Below are positions 1-10,000 of a stretch of 64,000 nucleotides of DNA, one piece after another. Origin of the DNA: Marsupella aquatica. Its lineage: Eukaryota; Plantae; Marchantiophyta. Positions within the stretch are counted from its first letter, which is position 1, and every line of letters begins with the position of its first letter. The stretch spans positions 20,967,292-21,031,291 of the forward strand of contig OZ316898.1 of the NCBI GenBank assembly GCA_973895155.1, read 5' to 3'. The translations under genes and the position numbers were made by a program. The notes beneath the pieces were generated by a model. That model searched no databases and was not told the origin of the DNA. It worked only from the letters and a program-made list of their open reading frames with translations.

Positions 1-862
1 GGCAGGGCGGGCACGGATCTCCACGTTTAGGATTAGGATCAGAACCAGGAGCGGCCCTGACACTTAGCTTAGTGGGATTGCGGTCCCACTGGTAGGAGCA
101 ACACTTGTGCTCCTGCCTTGCTGTACATAGGTAGATTCGGGCAAGTAGATTACTGTTAAGTAGATTAGGCTTACGATGCAAAGAATGGCGGATCCACTAC
201 CAGGATAAGTACCTGGGCAGCGGGGAGCTCAGGGCCTCTTCTTTAGCAAGTTTTTAGTTTGCACCAGCCGGGCTGGGATCAAGTAGTACGAGAAGCTCTC
301 GGTTAGTCATACAGTGACCCTTGTGTATATTCATGTTTCCTCATGCCTAAGAGCTGAATAGAGTTGGCCTCACGGCTTAGTTCGCAGAACTTGTGTATGA
401 GATGTACTGTTTGTATGGCAAGTGCATGGTATGACTCAGTCAGAATGAGTCATTTTGCTATTTGTGTGTCGCATTAACTTGTGTGAAGAGTGCCCACATC
501 AACAGAAGGAAGGAAAGTAAGCAGGGGAGTGAGAGTTGGATGTGTCGAGCTGAGAGAGGTCTTAGCGGCTTAACCAAGCCTATTGGGGATCATTCCGGCG
601 GCGGAATCCAAACATACCTAACAAGACGGAGGGGAAGACAGGGGAAGACAGGGGAAGGCCTATATTAGGCCGGCTACGTATCTCATGACCCGATGAAGGA
701 TCTGTCCAGTATATGTGTGTAAAATGTTAATAGTAGTAGTAGAAGGTTAGCAGCGTCCCATGCCGCTAAGCCGCGGAAACGGCCTCGCCAAGCACGAAAC
801 CTGCGGGAATCGGCTTGAGCTGGGGGGTTTCTTGGGTTTAGGGAGCCATGGGACGCACCACA
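1..862 (+). repeat. Family A LTR 1 (3' part only)
   Basis: Matches 10862-11724 and 21724-22584; ends ...GCACCACA immediately before the PBS. Confidence 0.93.
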
Positions 863-866
863 TTTT

Positions 867-884
867 TGGCGCTAGATGGAGGGG
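867..884 (+). promoter_or_regulatory. Primer-binding site (tRNA not assigned)
   Basis: TGGCGCTAGATGGAGGGG begins 4 nt after the LTR-terminal CA; TGG complements tRNA CCA. Confidence 0.75.
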
Positions 885-931
885 GCATTTCTTAAGCCGT
901 GAGATATGAAGTTAGAACGGAAGCGTAGGTA

Positions 932-3925
932 ATGACTGACCTTACGCCGAGGGAAGAAAGAGTGATTCAACGGGAGAGAGCTCGACTGCAGCAGCTCGCC
1001 GGGTGGCATGATACACAGCGACTGAGAGGGGCAGAAAGAGCTGGTAGCTCCGAAACTGGAAGTGGCGTCGAAGAAGACATACCAGAAGAAGAGTCGGTAA
1101 GGAGAAGTGAGTCTCCAACCGACATGGGGGAACCAGAGGCACGGCCAGACGAGAGGCCAGGGACCAGATTGAGCCAGCGGTCGCGCATACATTACAAGGC
1201 ATTTCATGGGAGAGGAGATGAGGATCCGGACGAATGGTTGGATGATTTCGAGGGAACCGCTGCAGCAAATGGAGAATCGGCCATCAAGATGCAGATTCTT
1301 CCCGGCCTGTTCAAGGGTGAGGCTAGGCCTTGGTACAGAGCATTAGATGTGGAAGATCAAGCCATCTGGGATATCTTCAAAACACTCTTTGTTAAGGAGT
1401 TTCGACCCATTGGAACTTCAGAACTAGCAGTGCTGAAGTTGGGACAACTTCGGTTCAAGGAGAACAAATCCTTCAGGAAGTTCTTGCAACGCTTTCAGAA
1501 ACTGGTAAGACGTACAAAGACCAATGCATCTGAAGGTATGCAACTTCAATGGTTGGTGAATGCTTTGCCACAGAAGATGAGTTTTGCAATTAGGAAGGAG
1601 AACCCGGAGACTTTAGCCGAAGCAATTAAGGATATTCAATTATACATTAATGCAGATATCACAAGCCGGAAGAAACAGCTTAAGTCTGAGAGTTCCTCAT
1701 CAGAGGAGGGATCACCCCATAAGAAAAAAGATAAGAAGAAGAAACATTCCAAGAAGTCTAGAAGTGATAAGTCAAGCTCGGATAGTGGGAGTAGCAAGAG
1801 TGAGTCATCTTCTAGTTCTGAAGAAGAAAAAACTAGGAAAAGGAAGGGCAGAAGGAGAGGGAAGACGAAAGTCAAGATGGAGGCTAAGCCACCAGATAAC
1901 ATCGTAGCCCTTACCGAGCAACTTAAGGCTATCATTGCAGAGGTAAAACCAAAGAAGAAGGTAGTACAGGAGGATAGCTCTGTATGGTGTGCCTTATGTT
2001 ATAAAACCGGACACCATAAAGATGCTTGTCCTAAGCTTAATACTAATCATGTTCGGCATGTGGCCGAGATCAGACCATGTCAGGGAGAAGTAGAGTACTT
2101 TTTGGGAGATGCCGCTGATAGTGTTTTCGGCATCAGTGAGACTGGAGCACGAGACCTATCCAACAGACCTGCATCTCTGTGGTCAGGGTTAAGGAACAAT
2201 CCAGGAGAGATGTATCCTCGGATTATTCAGAACCCGTCAGTACCTCCTAGGCCGAATGTGCAAAGATTTGCGGCGTGCTATAATTGTGGTCAACCTGGCC
2301 ATTTTGCTAGAGAATGCCCGAATGCACGCAAACAGGGTGATGGACAACCAGCTCAGCTATGTATGGGATGCCGACAGGAAGGTCATATGCTAGGGCAATG
2401 TCCTACTTGGTTGGCAGGCCTGGCCGCAAATCATAAGCTTTTGCCGATCAAGATCTTACCGCCAGGTACTACCCCCGGAGGAGTTCAAATCAACCACATC
2501 GAACTAGGATGGCAAGAGGATGCCGAGGCAGAGTTCGTACCATCTGATGATGAGGCCGAAGCCCTATCAACCTTCTCAGAGGAGGATTTAGATCATGATT
2601 GCTACCGGGTCTCTACTCGATCTACCAGAAGGAAGGAAAGGTGGGATGGGCTGGCCAAAAATAAAGGGAAGGTTACGGAGGAAAGGATCGACTCTTCGTC
2701 AACATCAACAGAAGGAGAAGGGAGGGCTCCGGCAATACAGGTAAGCCATGAGCCCACCAGTGAAACCAATCCTTCACAAGATAGCGACTTCAATCGAGAT
2801 CATCCTAAGTTGTTCTACCCCTCTGTTACGGCTAGTGTTAAGGAACAACTAAGAGAATTAGAAACCCTGGAGAATACCGAAGCCATTGCCAAGGATGTAA
2901 AACGAGCAAAAGCATTGTTTGCTTCGGAAGACCCAACAGCTGTGGAGACTAGCGTGGCAAAACTGGCCGAATCCAAGACGGAAACACCACCAGAAGAGAA
3001 GCTGATTGTTCCCTATGACCTGGCTAAAGATGTACTAGAATCTAGAGTCTCGGCAACAGTAGGTCAACTATTGAAAAATAGCCCGTACTTCCGGAAGCAA
3101 TTAAGGAAGGCTATTCTCGGCAAGCCGAGATTACCCAAGGTAGCAACCAGATCCGACGTACTAATGATAGAAGAAGATCAAGGAGCCCCAGCATTACCAT
3201 TAATGATTCAAGGAGAATTATTACTACGGGTACCCATCGATGGAGGATCAGGGGTATGTATTATGATTGATTCAACAGCAAAAGGGTGGGGTCTAACACC
3301 GGAGATGACTGGAAGAGTGTTGAACATGGCCAATGGATATCAGGTCATTCCAACGGGAGTGTTAACCGGCATCAAGACAGAGATAGGAGGTATCTTCTTT
3401 AGCATTAACTATGTAGTAATGAAGCCGGTAAATCCTACGTCATTCCGGCTATTGATTGGTAGGCCATGGCTGTACCTAGCCGAGGTAATAGAAGATTGGG
3501 GTAAAAAGCAGTTCACTTTCGGGACCCCCTCTATCACGGTATCCTGGGACACTAAGGATGACCGTAGGAAAAGCATAAGGGAAGTAGATGGGTACGACAG
3601 TGGACTGGAGTCAGCCGATGAAGTACGTTGGTTAGAATGCCTCACTAACCTAACCGAAGAAGGTGTCTTTGGACCAGAGGTACCCCTCAGCGGATTATGG
3701 CAAGAACCAATGGAAGGTGACTTGGAAGAAGAAGACGAAGAGGTCGAGGACTGCTTTACAATAGAATCCACCTTTTTAGCTGCAATTCCGGAGGAAGTAA
3801 AGGATGTAGACCAATTGGATGAAACGGCTAAGTGGGGAGCAGTAGCAGGGACAGTGGATTTTCTGCAGGCGTTGTGGCAGAGCCGACGGGGTCCACAACG
3901 CCATCGATCATCGGCAAGGAATTAA
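932..3925 (+). CDS. gag: Gag-protease polyprotein (997 aa)
   Basis: Retrotransposon Gag core (FHGRGDEDPDEWLDDFE...WDIFKTLFVKEF), three CCHC knuckles (CALCYKTGHHKDAC, CYNCGQPGHFAREC, CMGCRQEGHMLGQC), aspartic protease IDGGSG...LLIGRPWL. Confidence 0.92.
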   Translation: MTDLTPREERVIQRERARLQQLAGWHDTQRLRGAERAGSSETGSGVEEDIPEEESVRRSESPTDMGEPEARPDERPGTRLSQRSRIHYKAFHGRGDEDPDEWLDDFEGTAAANGESAIKMQILPGLFKGEARPWYRALDVEDQAIWDIFKTLFVKEFRPIGTSELAVLKLGQLRFKENKSFRKFLQRFQKLVRRTKTNASEGMQLQWLVNALPQKMSFAIRKENPETLAEAIKDIQLYINADITSRKKQLKSESSSSEEGSPHKKKDKKKKHSKKSRSDKSSSDSGSSKSESSSSSEEEKTRKRKGRRRGKTKVKMEAKPPDNIVALTEQLKAIIAEVKPKKKVVQEDSSVWCALCYKTGHHKDACPKLNTNHVRHVAEIRPCQGEVEYFLGDAADSVFGISETGARDLSNRPASLWSGLRNNPGEMYPRIIQNPSVPPRPNVQRFAACYNCGQPGHFARECPNARKQGDGQPAQLCMGCRQEGHMLGQCPTWLAGLAANHKLLPIKILPPGTTPGGVQINHIELGWQEDAEAEFVPSDDEAEALSTFSEEDLDHDCYRVSTRSTRRKERWDGLAKNKGKVTEERIDSSSTSTEGEGRAPAIQVSHEPTSETNPSQDSDFNRDHPKLFYPSVTASVKEQLRELETLENTEAIAKDVKRAKALFASEDPTAVETSVAKLAESKTETPPEEKLIVPYDLAKDVLESRVSATVGQLLKNSPYFRKQLRKAILGKPRLPKVATRSDVLMIEEDQGAPALPLMIQGELLLRVPIDGGSGVCIMIDSTAKGWGLTPEMTGRVLNMANGYQVIPTGVLTGIKTEIGGIFFSINYVVMKPVNPTSFRLLIGRPWLYLAEVIEDWGKKQFTFGTPSITVSWDTKDDRRKSIREVDGYDSGLESADEVRWLECLTNLTEEGVFGPEVPLSGLWQEPMEGDLEEEDEEVEDCFTIESTFLAAIPEEVKDVDQLDETAKWGAVAGTVDFLQALWQSRRGPQRHRSSARN

Positions 3926-5409
3926 ATACCAAGGGATCGGCATACAAGCCGATTACGAGGGCAGAACAAATTGAGGCCCTATTAGAAGCCGAGAGAGCAC
4001 AGCGGCCTAACTCTCAGGAGCAAGAGGTGGATGAGATGGACATACACGATCTAGAGCCAAGGCAGGAAGGGGAGCCGACCACTAATTCAAAACCGAATAG
4101 ACCGGTAAGGGGACAATCTATGGACACCAAGGAAGGGACCGACTCGGCTAGTCCAGCCGAGATCCCAGTTTATGGAGGTATGAGATTAGAGAGACTGGAA
4201 GCCGAACTGGACCCGAATTTGAAGAAGCAGATTAATATGATCCAAGCACGGCAATATCGGAAGCTCGACTTAGGAGAGGGAAGAGAACTGAACTTAGGGA
4301 GAAACCTAGCACCTGAGCTCGAGAAAGAGATCAGTGACTTATTGATTGAATTTCAGGATGTGTTTGCATGGAGTCACCAAGATCTAAAGGGAGTAGATCC
4401 AACACTAGGGGAACATCGAATTGATCTCATGTTAGGAGCCAAATCATTTCGACAACCAATTCGAAGGATGAACCCGAAATATTCCCTGCTGGTCAAAACA
4501 GAAATCGACAAACTAGTGGAAGCTGGATTCATCACTCCAGTCTTGCATTCAGACTGGGTGTCTCCAATTGTGATAGTTCCCAAGAAAGCTGGACCCGATG
4601 GTAAACCCAAGATCCGGGTTTGTCAGGATTACAGGAAGCTGAATGAAGCAACATTAAAAGACCATTTTCCTTTACCGTTTACTGATATGGTACTAGACAT
4701 GGTAGCCAGTCATGAACTATATTCATTCATGGATGGATACTCTGGTTATAACCAAATCAGGATTCGGCAGGAAGACCAAATCAAGACGGCCTTCATCACG
4801 GAATGGGGGATCTATGTCTTCAATCGTATGCCGTTTGGACTCTGCAACGCACCAGCTATGTTCCAACGATTAATGGTGAACATTTTTCATGATTACTTGA
4901 GAAAGTTCATGGAAATCTTCATTGATGACTTTGCAGTATTCGGGAAGGCATCGAAACATGCTAAATACCTCAGGAAAACCTTCATGAGATGTAGAGAGGT
5001 GGGTCTCAAGTTACACCCAGATAAATGTTTTTTTGCAGTAATCGAGGGGGTGCTACTAGGTCACAAGGTATCAAGGAAGGGCATTGAGATTGACAAAGGT
5101 AAGCTAGCAGTATGGCTAGATATCATGCAACCTAAGAACATAAAGGATGTAAGATCCTTCTTGGGATGCATTGGTTACTATCGCCGGTTCATCAAGGATT
5201 TTGCCAAGCTGGCTTTACCATTAACCAATATGCTCAAGGCAGGAGCAGACTTCGAACCCACACCCGAACGAGTCACAGCGGTGGTAGAATTGAAGCAGAT
5301 GTTAGTAGAGGCCCCAATCATGATAGCACCGGACTGGAACAAAGATTTTCATGTTTTTGTAGATGTCTCGGGCTTCTGTATTGGCTCCAGTACTAAGTCA
5401 GTTGGATGA
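3832..5409 (+). CDS. pol: Reverse transcriptase frame of Pol (entered by -1 shift; ends at a 1-bp insertion in RNase H)
   Basis: WVSPIVIVPKK, CQDYRKLN, FMDGYSGYNQI, MPFGLCNAP, FIDDF motifs; start of RNase H (FHVFVDVSG). Confidence 0.92.
   Translation: MGSSSRDSGFSAGVVAEPTGSTTPSIIGKELNTKGSAYKPITRAEQIEALLEAERAQRPNSQEQEVDEMDIHDLEPRQEGEPTTNSKPNRPVRGQSMDTKEGTDSASPAEIPVYGGMRLERLEAELDPNLKKQINMIQARQYRKLDLGEGRELNLGRNLAPELEKEISDLLIEFQDVFAWSHQDLKGVDPTLGEHRIDLMLGAKSFRQPIRRMNPKYSLLVKTEIDKLVEAGFITPVLHSDWVSPIVIVPKKAGPDGKPKIRVCQDYRKLNEATLKDHFPLPFTDMVLDMVASHELYSFMDGYSGYNQIRIRQEDQIKTAFITEWGIYVFNRMPFGLCNAPAMFQRLMVNIFHDYLRKFMEIFIDDFAVFGKASKHAKYLRKTFMRCREVGLKLHPDKCFFAVIEGVLLGHKVSRKGIEIDKGKLAVWLDIMQPKNIKDVRSFLGCIGYYRRFIKDFAKLALPLTNMLKAGADFEPTPERVTAVVELKQMLVEAPIMIAPDWNKDFHVFVDVSGFCIGSSTKSVG
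3856..3915 (+). promoter_or_regulatory. Predicted programmed -1 ribosomal frameshift signal (slippery heptamer plus pseudoknot)
   Basis: G GAT TTT in the gag frame, 5-nt spacer, perfect 10-bp stem GGCGTTGTGG (3868-3877)/CCACAACGCC (3893-3902), and loop GCCGA (3882-3886) able to pair with TCGGC (3911-3915). The RT ORF is in the -1 frame. Confidence 0.75.
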
Positions 5410-7099
5410 GAAAGGAAGGGACCATCCCATATACTTCGCAAGCCGTCAGCTTGCCGATGCCGAACGGAACTACTCTACCACGGAAAGAGAAGCATTAGGA
5501 GTCATTTATTCTTGTAAAAAGTTTAGGCATTATTTACTAGGGTACAAGGTAATCTTTCATACTGATCATGAAAGTTTGAAGTACCTAGTCAATAAGCCGG
5601 ACCTTACAGGCAGAGTAGCAAGATGGATTTTGCTATTACAGGAGTTTGACTATGAGCTGAGGATCAAGCCGGGGAAGTTACATACCAATGCCGACTTCTT
5701 TTCAAGGATCACAGGTAAACCTGCCACGGATTGCATCGATGATCGATTCCCCGACGAGGAGCTATTCGTTGTGGAAATAGCTGGTACATGGTACCCTGAG
5801 ATTTTACAATTTCTCAGCACTTCCAGATTACAGCCAGGATTAAGCCGAGAGCAAGCCGCAGTCTTTGTGCGGAAGGTCAGACAGTATCAGTGCATTAAAG
5901 GCATACTACACAAGCATGGAATCAACGGCACGATTCAAAGATGTTTGGGAAAGAGAGAGGTAAAACGAGTCCTACGGGCCATGCATGGAGAGGAGGCCGG
6001 AGGACATTTTGCCCCAGTAACCACGTCTAAGAAGATATTAAATGCCGGTTACTGGTGGCCCACCTTGCACAAAGATGTCTATCAGTTTATCAAACAATGC
6101 GATCCTTGTCAACGAGCGGGAGGACCAAGGGCGTCCACCAGGCATCCACTGCACCCTATTCTACCTCTGGCACCATTCGAGAAGTGGGGTATTGATTACA
6201 TTGGACCTCTGAAACCACTGACCCACCCTCGACGGAACAAGTACATAATCCTGGCTACGGATTATGCAACTAAATGGGTAGAGGCCAGACCAACAACGAA
6301 GGATGATGCAATTACTACGGCTAGATTCATGTATGAGCAGATCTTCACCAGGTATGGAGCACCCCTAGAATTAGTTAGTGATAGAGGAACCCATTTTTTG
6401 AATGATATAATTAGTCGTTTAAATGAGCAGTATTTAGTTAAACATAGGCCTACTACTCCCTACCATCCAAAGGCAAACGGGTTGACAGAACGAGCAAACG
6501 GAATCATAGGAAAGATATTGAACAAGACAGTAGCTCAGAACAAACTCGATTGGGATGATAAATTGTTTGCTGCTGTTTTTGCTTACAATCTTGCCTATAA
6601 ATCCACTACCGGTCATACACCCTTCTTCTTAACCTTTGGACAAGAAGCCCTGGTACCCATGCAACTTGAGATACCGACATTTCAAGTTACAATTGAGGAA
6701 AGAGCCTCAGCGGAGGAGAGCCTAAAGGAGCGAGAATATAGGTTAGAAGCTTTAGAGGAAGCGAGAATGATTTCAGCCGAGAGAGTAGAATATAGAAAGA
6801 ATATCATGAAGCAGCAGTATGATAAAAGGTTAAAAGTAGTTAGTATTCATACCGGTGATCTTGTGCTACTTTATGACAGTAGGTATAGTAGGTTTCCAGG
6901 AAAGCTTTACACTCGCTGGTTAGGACCCTTTAGAGTAACCATGATGTTCCCCAATGGCTCCGTACAATTGGCCAACATTACGGGAGAGGTATATCCAGTT
7001 CGCATCCATTATGACCGCCTCAAGAAATACTATATGGACGAAGATGAAGTTGTTCGCGAGGACGCTTCACAATTAAGTGGGGAGCTATGTGATGCCTAG
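5363..7099 (+). CDS. pol: RNase H-integrase frame of Pol
   Basis: RNase H (NYSTTEREALG, TDHESL), HHCC zinc finger (H..GGHF..CDPC), DDE core (WGIDYIG, SDRGTHF, NGLTERAN), GPY/F motif WLGPF. No chromodomain seen. Confidence 0.92.
   Translation: MSRASVLAPVLSQLDEKGRDHPIYFASRQLADAERNYSTTEREALGVIYSCKKFRHYLLGYKVIFHTDHESLKYLVNKPDLTGRVARWILLLQEFDYELRIKPGKLHTNADFFSRITGKPATDCIDDRFPDEELFVVEIAGTWYPEILQFLSTSRLQPGLSREQAAVFVRKVRQYQCIKGILHKHGINGTIQRCLGKREVKRVLRAMHGEEAGGHFAPVTTSKKILNAGYWWPTLHKDVYQFIKQCDPCQRAGGPRASTRHPLHPILPLAPFEKWGIDYIGPLKPLTHPRRNKYIILATDYATKWVEARPTTKDDAITTARFMYEQIFTRYGAPLELVSDRGTHFLNDIISRLNEQYLVKHRPTTPYHPKANGLTERANGIIGKILNKTVAQNKLDWDDKLFAAVFAYNLAYKSTTGHTPFFLTFGQEALVPMQLEIPTFQVTIEERASAEESLKEREYRLEALEEARMISAERVEYRKNIMKQQYDKRLKVVSIHTGDLVLLYDSRYSRFPGKLYTRWLGPFRVTMMFPNGSVQLANITGEVYPVRIHYDRLKKYYMDEDEVVREDASQLSGELCDA
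7075..7084 (+). promoter_or_regulatory. Polypurine tract
   Basis: AAGTGGGGAG three nt before the LTR start TGTGATGCC at 7088. Confidence 0.65.
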
Positions 7100-10000
7100 A
7101 CAGGAATCACTCGGCCGGTTAAGTGGGTAAAGCAGGAAGGCACCCTAGGAACACCTTAGTATAGGGACAAAACAAGGAAAATATAAACAATTAGGGGCAA
7201 CCATGGAACCCGGGCAGAGGCCGGAGGTAAGGCTAAGGGTGAAAACCCGATTAGGGTTAGGGTGCGTTAAGCGTCGGCGGCTAGGAAGGATCAACGGGAA
7301 GAAGGACCGGCAGAGGAGAGGGGTAAGGAGCGCTTGCAGGAGATGGTGGCTCATTTGCGAGCACGAACTAGGCAGACGACTACGGGAGGCCAACTACTGT
7401 CAGCTGCTTAGGCAAGCACTCGGGGAGAGAGTAGATACCGACGATCGACCTAAGGAGGGTATGAGCAACGTCAATCAAGCGGCACATTTCTGGGGATGCC
7501 TGTTCGAACGGGCAACTGAGTACATCAAGACTTACGAGGACGAGGAGTCAGAAAGGGCAGCTCGAGAACGGCAGGAGCTCGCTCGATTGTGGGAGCTGCA
7601 CAAGACGGCTTTCTTAGGAGGCGAACTCATCAAGGACGAGTTCCTGTGGACGCCTACTTCCAATCAACTCGACGATCTTCTGTTTTGCAAAGACAGCGTC
7701 GTCGGCATCCGAGAGGCCATCAAGAACTGCAACGACATACACTGGGAATTAAAGGGTAGCACGGAAAGGTGGACCCAGGCAACGGTGCTAGGAGAAACCT
7801 CCACGGCAGCAGAGATGAAGAGGAAGGGAGCCGTCAACGATGAAGCCACCCCGGCAAAAAGAACGAGGTCGGCGGCACCAAAGAAGCCAGCCGAGCAGTA
7901 GAGCAGGAGGCAGGGAGAAGCCGAAGAGGAGGAGGTCGATCCCATCAAGGCCATTCCAACCAGGGATGACACCTGGAAGGGCTGGGCGGCAACCCTACCG
8001 GTGGAGGTGCAACTACATTTTGCACGGGAGGAGGATGCATGCTTTACGGCCATGCAGACCAAGAAGTACCAAGGCTTCATGGCCGGATCCGGCTTGGAGG
8101 CCTTTGTAAGATTACCATGGCTGAAGCCGGAGGTACCGGAGTCAGACCTATTAGAATTCGTGGGGTCATGGGAACCCGAGACCAATTGCACGAGGATATA
8201 TGGGAAGGATTTCTATCTTACTCCCAAGGTAATTGCCGAAGTGTTTGGCTTGCCGATAGGCAATAAGACCAAAGTTGATACCAGGAAGACCTTGCCTGAC
8301 AAGGAGTTCCGGTCGTTCCCCGGGCCATCAACGAAGAATGGCTTCTTCCGGAACACCTGCACCAACCCGCACATAGGAGAGATGATCGACTTCTTGCGGG
8401 TGACCATGCATTGTAACTTGCCGAGGGCAGAGATCGGCAAGGCACAGGTCTATCTGGCAGAAAGGCCAGACCCAAGCCGGGACTACAACGGGTACCTCCT
8501 CAACCAATTGAAGAAGATCTTAAAGGAGGAGCAGCAGGTAATCGGCATGGGGAGCGTGTCGCGGCTTGGCTATCACATGCCGCTGTTGTGCCGGTATGCC
8601 AGAAGTCAGACTTTTGCCCCGGTACTTCCCCTGCAGGTAAGGGCACCCGAGGAAGCTCCAACGCCGAGGCCGTTGGCTGAGAAGCCTCAACCACCTGTTA
8701 GTCCTACGATCGAGCAGGTGTTTAGGCCCAGGAAGGAAGACTTGCCGATGCAGCAACCAGGCATGCAGAGTCTGCTGAAACTACTGGAGAAAGAAAAGAA
8801 ATTGGCATCGGCAACAACAACGGCAACGGCAACAATGCAGGACACTACTACAGAGGTAGGCCTACACCGGCTCACAAGAGAAAACCCCTTTGCTGGAGAC
8901 AAGAAGAGAATCAGGCCGGAATCCAAGCCAGGTGTTCGAATGTACGTGGGAACCTCAAGCTCCGAATCTGAGGCAGAATTGCCTGAAGCTCCTACCGACG
9001 AAGAGGAGAGGGAGAAGCCGGACGTCCAAGAGGTAGAGGAGGCAGTGGAGGACTGCAGCCATGATAATTCCGGCTATGGGTCGGACCATCACGTTCTAGG
9101 AGTAAGGACCTGTGGCCGGTTTGTCCCCACACTTCCAAGGGTAGTGCGAGGGGACCCCAACCAGCAGAGTAGCCCTGAGTCTCCCCCACCAGATGTTGCT
9201 CCCCCGAGCTTTGACGGCATAAAACAGACGGTGCAGGAATTTCAGGAGCGAATCAAGCAGGAGGAAGAGGCCGCCCTGGCTAAGGAAAAGGATTTACCAG
9301 GAGGAGATTGGCCGGAGGACATCAGGCGGCTAGCCGAAAAAGGAAGCAAACCTCTAGCCACAATTGAAGAGATCCGCAGGACGGCTTGGGAGCAGAGGCC
9401 ACGATGGGCGATGCCGATCACTTCTACTTACTCCACCTACGCTAAGAATAGAGCCATGGAGTATGGTGAGATGTGTGGGGAACTTGCGCTCGGCATCTTT
9501 GGAGAGGAGTTGGAGATAGGACCCTTTTTTCATAGGGAGCAGTTGGAGAAGCACCAATTAGAAGAAGCGGTGGCTTTAGAGAGAAGCAAGAAGGACGAGG
9601 TCATTCGGCGGCTTAGGAGGATGGAAGCCGAGATTGAAGATCTAAGGGCGGCCAAGAAAGCCCAAGATGAACTGCGGATTAAACGACATGAGCTGAACAT
9701 CATGCAGGGGCAGTTGGACACCGTGCAGGCTGATAATCAGAATATCAAGGATAAACTGACTCAGACGCAGGAAGAGTTGGCCGACACGATCAAAGAGAGG
9801 GAGAAGTGGAAGCAAGAGCTGAAGAATACAGAGGAGGCCCACATAACAGCCAACAGCCGGGCCATGGCGGAGACCCAAAGAAAGGAATGGGCGTTGAAAG
9901 GGGAGCTCGAGAAAATCCGCGGAGCCCTTGAGCAGAAGGAGGTCGAGTTAGGGAAATCCTATCAAGGGATTATGGCGCTGCAACAGGAGCTTGCGTCCCT

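Noticed and set aside
7250-7263. Telomeric TTAGGG tract
   Set aside because: Only two units inside the LTR; too short to call.
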